32,000 nt of DNA. It comes from Bifidobacterium longum subsp. longum JCM 1217. GTDB taxonomy: Bacteria; Actinomycetota; Actinomycetes; Actinomycetales; Bifidobacteriaceae. Below are positions 30,122-32,000 of the stretch, piece by piece. Location of the stretch: positions 1,290,001 to 1,322,000 of the forward strand of contig NC_015067.1 of the NCBI RefSeq assembly GCF_000196555.1. The letters run 5' to 3'. Made by a program: the position numbers and the translations under genes. Each line of letters opens with the position of its first letter. Positions within the stretch are counted from its first letter, which is position 1. A model generated the notes under the pieces. That model did no database searches and was not told the DNA's origin. It worked only from the letters and a program-made list of their open reading frames with translations.

Positions 30122-30862
30122 TTACTCGGCCACGCGCGATTCGGCGGTGGAGACCAGCGTGCCGATTTCATCGCCGACGAGGGCGCGGGTCACGTTGCCC
30201 GGCTCTTCGAGGCCGAAGACGCGGATGCGCTTCTTGTTGTCGCGGGCCATGGACAGTGCGGAGGCGTCCATGACGGCCAGATTGTCCACGAGGGCGCGAT
30301 TGTAGCTCAGGGTTTCAAAACGCTTGGCGTTCTCGTCCTTGCGCGGGTCGGCGGTGTAGACGCCGTCGACGCCGTTCTTACCCATAAGTACCTCGTCGCA
30401 GTGGATTTCGAGGGAACGCTGGATGGAAACCGTGTCGGTGGAGAAGTACGGCATGCCGGCACCGGCGCCGAAAATCACCACGCGACCCTTTTCAAGGTGA
30501 CGGATGGCCTTGAGCGGAATATACGGCTCGGCGACCTGTCCCATGGTGATGGCGGTCTGCACGCGGGTGGCCTGCCCCTCCTGCTCCAGAAAGTCCTGTA
30601 GAGCGAGGCAGTTCATCACCGTGCCGAGCATACCCATGTAGTCGCCACGGGAACGATCGATACCGGCCTGCTGCAGTTCGGCACCGCGGAAGAAGTTGCC
30701 GCCGCCGACCACGATGGCCACCTGCACACCCTGTTGTACGGCCGGAACGATCTCCTCGGCAATGCGACGAATCACCTGGGTATCGATGCCGACCTTGCCA
30801 CCACCGAATGCTTCGCCGGACAGCTTGAGCAGAACTCTGCGCGGATTGTCGCTATCAGTCAT
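30122..30862 (-). CDS. pyrH: UMP kinase
   Basis: [12 protein letters not shown] and GGGNFFRG motifs; tsf-pyrH-frr synteny. Confidence 0.95.
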   Translation of the reverse strand: MTDSDNPRRVLLKLSGEAFGGGKVGIDTQVIRRIAEEIVPAVQQGVQVAIVVGGGNFFRGAELQQAGIDRSRGDYMGMLGTVMNCLALQDFLEQEGQATRVQTAITMGQVAEPYIPLKAIRHLEKGRVVIFGAGAGMPYFSTDTVSIQRSLEIHCDEVLMGKNGVDGVYTADPRKDENAKRFETLSYNRALVDNLAVMDASALSMARDNKKRIRVFGLEEPGNVTRALVGDEIGTLVSTAESRVAE

Positions 30863-30957
30863 ATTGTGCCTTTCTCAAAACCGAAAGTGCGAAATTATCC
30901 GTAGACAAGCGTATCGGTTTACGACGACACCCCCTAGCAACGACACCCTTGGAATAG

Positions 30958-30998
30958 CGAAACGCCATCCGATTATTGAATAACCGGATGGCGTTTCG
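30958..30998 (-). terminator. 14-bp perfect hairpin between tsf and pyrH
   Basis: cgaaacgccatccg (30958-30971) pairs with cggatggcgtttcg (30985-30998). It lies 38 nt after the tsf stop and lacks a strong U-tail on the minus strand. Confidence 0.45.
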
Positions 30999-31035
30999 TT
31001 GAAATTACGCTAAGCGCGTGGAGTAAGCCTTAGGC

Positions 31036-31887
31036 TCACTCCTCTTCGCCCTTGCCGACCTCGACACGAGCGAATGCGGTGGCGTTGCCACCGACTTCCT
31101 TGAACAGGTCGCCGACGGTCTTGGACGGGTCCTTGACGAACGGCTGCTCAAGCAGCACGACTTCCTTGAAGAAAGCGTTGAGACGGCCTTCGACGATCTT
31201 CGGAACGATCTTCTCCGGCTTGCCCTCGGCCAGGGACTTCTCGGTGGCCACGCGACGCTCGGACTCGACCACATCGGCCGGAACGTCCTCGCGGGTCAGC
31301 CACTTGGCGCCCATGGCGGAGATCTGCAGAGCAGCTTCGTGAGCCACGGCGGCGCCGGCCTTGTCGGTGGCGATCATGGCGACGATGCTCGGCGGCATCT
31401 CGGCGGACTTCTTGTGAGCGTAGACTTCGACGTGCTCGCCGGAGATCTTGGCGAACTGGCCGACCTTGACGTGCTCACCGAACAGGGCGGCGGCCTCTTC
31501 GACAGCCAGCTTGACGGTGGTGTCGCCAGCCTTGGCCTCGAGCAGCTCGTCAGCGGAGTTGGCGTCGGCGTCCACGGCGTAGCCGAGAACTTCCTCGGTG
31601 AACTCGACGAACTTCGGGGTCTTGGCCACGAAGTCGGTCTCGGAGTTCAGCTCGACGGCGTAGCCGGTCTCGCCATTGGCGGTCTCGACGACCTTGGAGG
31701 CGATGGTGCCTTCCTGAGCCTTGCGGCCTTCACGCTTGCCGGCTGCGGCGATACCCTTGGCGCGGATGATTTCCTTGGCGCGGGCGACGTCGCCTTCGGC
31801 TTCGGTCAGAGCCTTCTTGACGTCGAGCATGCCGGCGCCGGTGTCTTCACGAACCTGCTTGATCAGTGCGGCGGTAATTGCTGCCAT
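31036..31887 (-). CDS. tsf: Translation elongation factor Ts
   Basis: MAAITAALIKQVREDTGAGMLDVKKALTEAEGD is the canonical EF-Ts N-terminal UBA-like domain. AAGGAG lies upstream. Confidence 0.96.
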   Translation of the reverse strand: MAAITAALIKQVREDTGAGMLDVKKALTEAEGDVARAKEIIRAKGIAAAGKREGRKAQEGTIASKVVETANGETGYAVELNSETDFVAKTPKFVEFTEEVLGYAVDADANSADELLEAKAGDTTVKLAVEEAAALFGEHVKVGQFAKISGEHVEVYAHKKSAEMPPSIVAMIATDKAGAAVAHEAALQISAMGAKWLTREDVPADVVESERRVATEKSLAEGKPEKIVPKIVEGRLNAFFKEVVLLEQPFVKDPSKTVGDLFKEVGGNATAFARVEVGKGEEE

Positions 31888-31923
31888 TGATTATTCTCCT
31901 TGAGAAATTTTGCTTACCCATGA

Positions 31924-31959
31924 ACGATGGGAAGCGCTCATTCAGGCACTTCCCATCGT
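31924..31959 (-). other. 11-bp hairpin in the rpsB-tsf spacer (possible attenuator or processing site)
   Basis: acgatgggaag (31924-31934) pairs with cttcccatcgt (31949-31959), immediately after the putative rpsB stop. Confidence 0.3.
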
Positions 31960-31965
31960 AGAGCA

Positions 31966-32000
31966 TCACTCGGCCTTGGGGGCCTCGGCGGTTTCGCCCT
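31966..32000 (-). CDS. rpsB: 30S ribosomal protein S2, last ~11 codons (the 5' part lies outside the window)
   Basis: The minus strand reads ...GETAEAPKAE-stop (TGA at 31968-31966). The call rests mainly on conserved rpsB-tsf-pyrH-frr synteny, because the fragment is too short for sequence identification. Confidence 0.55.
   Translation of the reverse strand, partial: GETAEAPKAE

Overview
High-GC actinobacterial chromosome segment. Protein sequences and gene order look like Bifidobacterium, possibly the B. longum group, but this is inference from memory with no search run. Most of the window is core housekeeping, mainly on the minus strand: whiA (partial), rapZ, aroE, uvrC, uvrA, then further on an ABC-F ATPase, trpE, hisI, hisF, rlmN, cdsA, frr, pyrH, tsf and rpsB (partial). 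The accessory part is an ~8 kb block (about 8.6-16.5 kb) between uvrA and an ECF-transporter operon. It carries a complete, apparently intact four-gene Wadjet (JetABCD / MksFEBG-type) SMC-like anti-plasmid system plus one extra trailing gene of unknown function. Wadjet is an already described system. Three things look new here. First, there is a sharp composition break inside the operon: jetA/B/C are about 62-78% GC and translationally coupled, while jetD and the trailing gene are about 43-57% GC. Second, the trailing 188-198 aa orphan gene has a motif layout that recalls DUF3800 / RNase-H-like proteins and may be a fifth, undescribed Wadjet-associated component. Third, the neighbouring dedicated ECF transporter (MptD-type S component) is translationally coupled to a leaderless ZinT-like protein. 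Other supported items are a perfect actinobacterial LexA (SOS) box upstream of uvrA, several strong intergenic hairpins and a few small repeats. I found no CRISPR array, tRNA, rRNA, transposase or integrase. All functional calls come from recognising motifs in the supplied translations and reading the DNA by hand, so none is database-verified.
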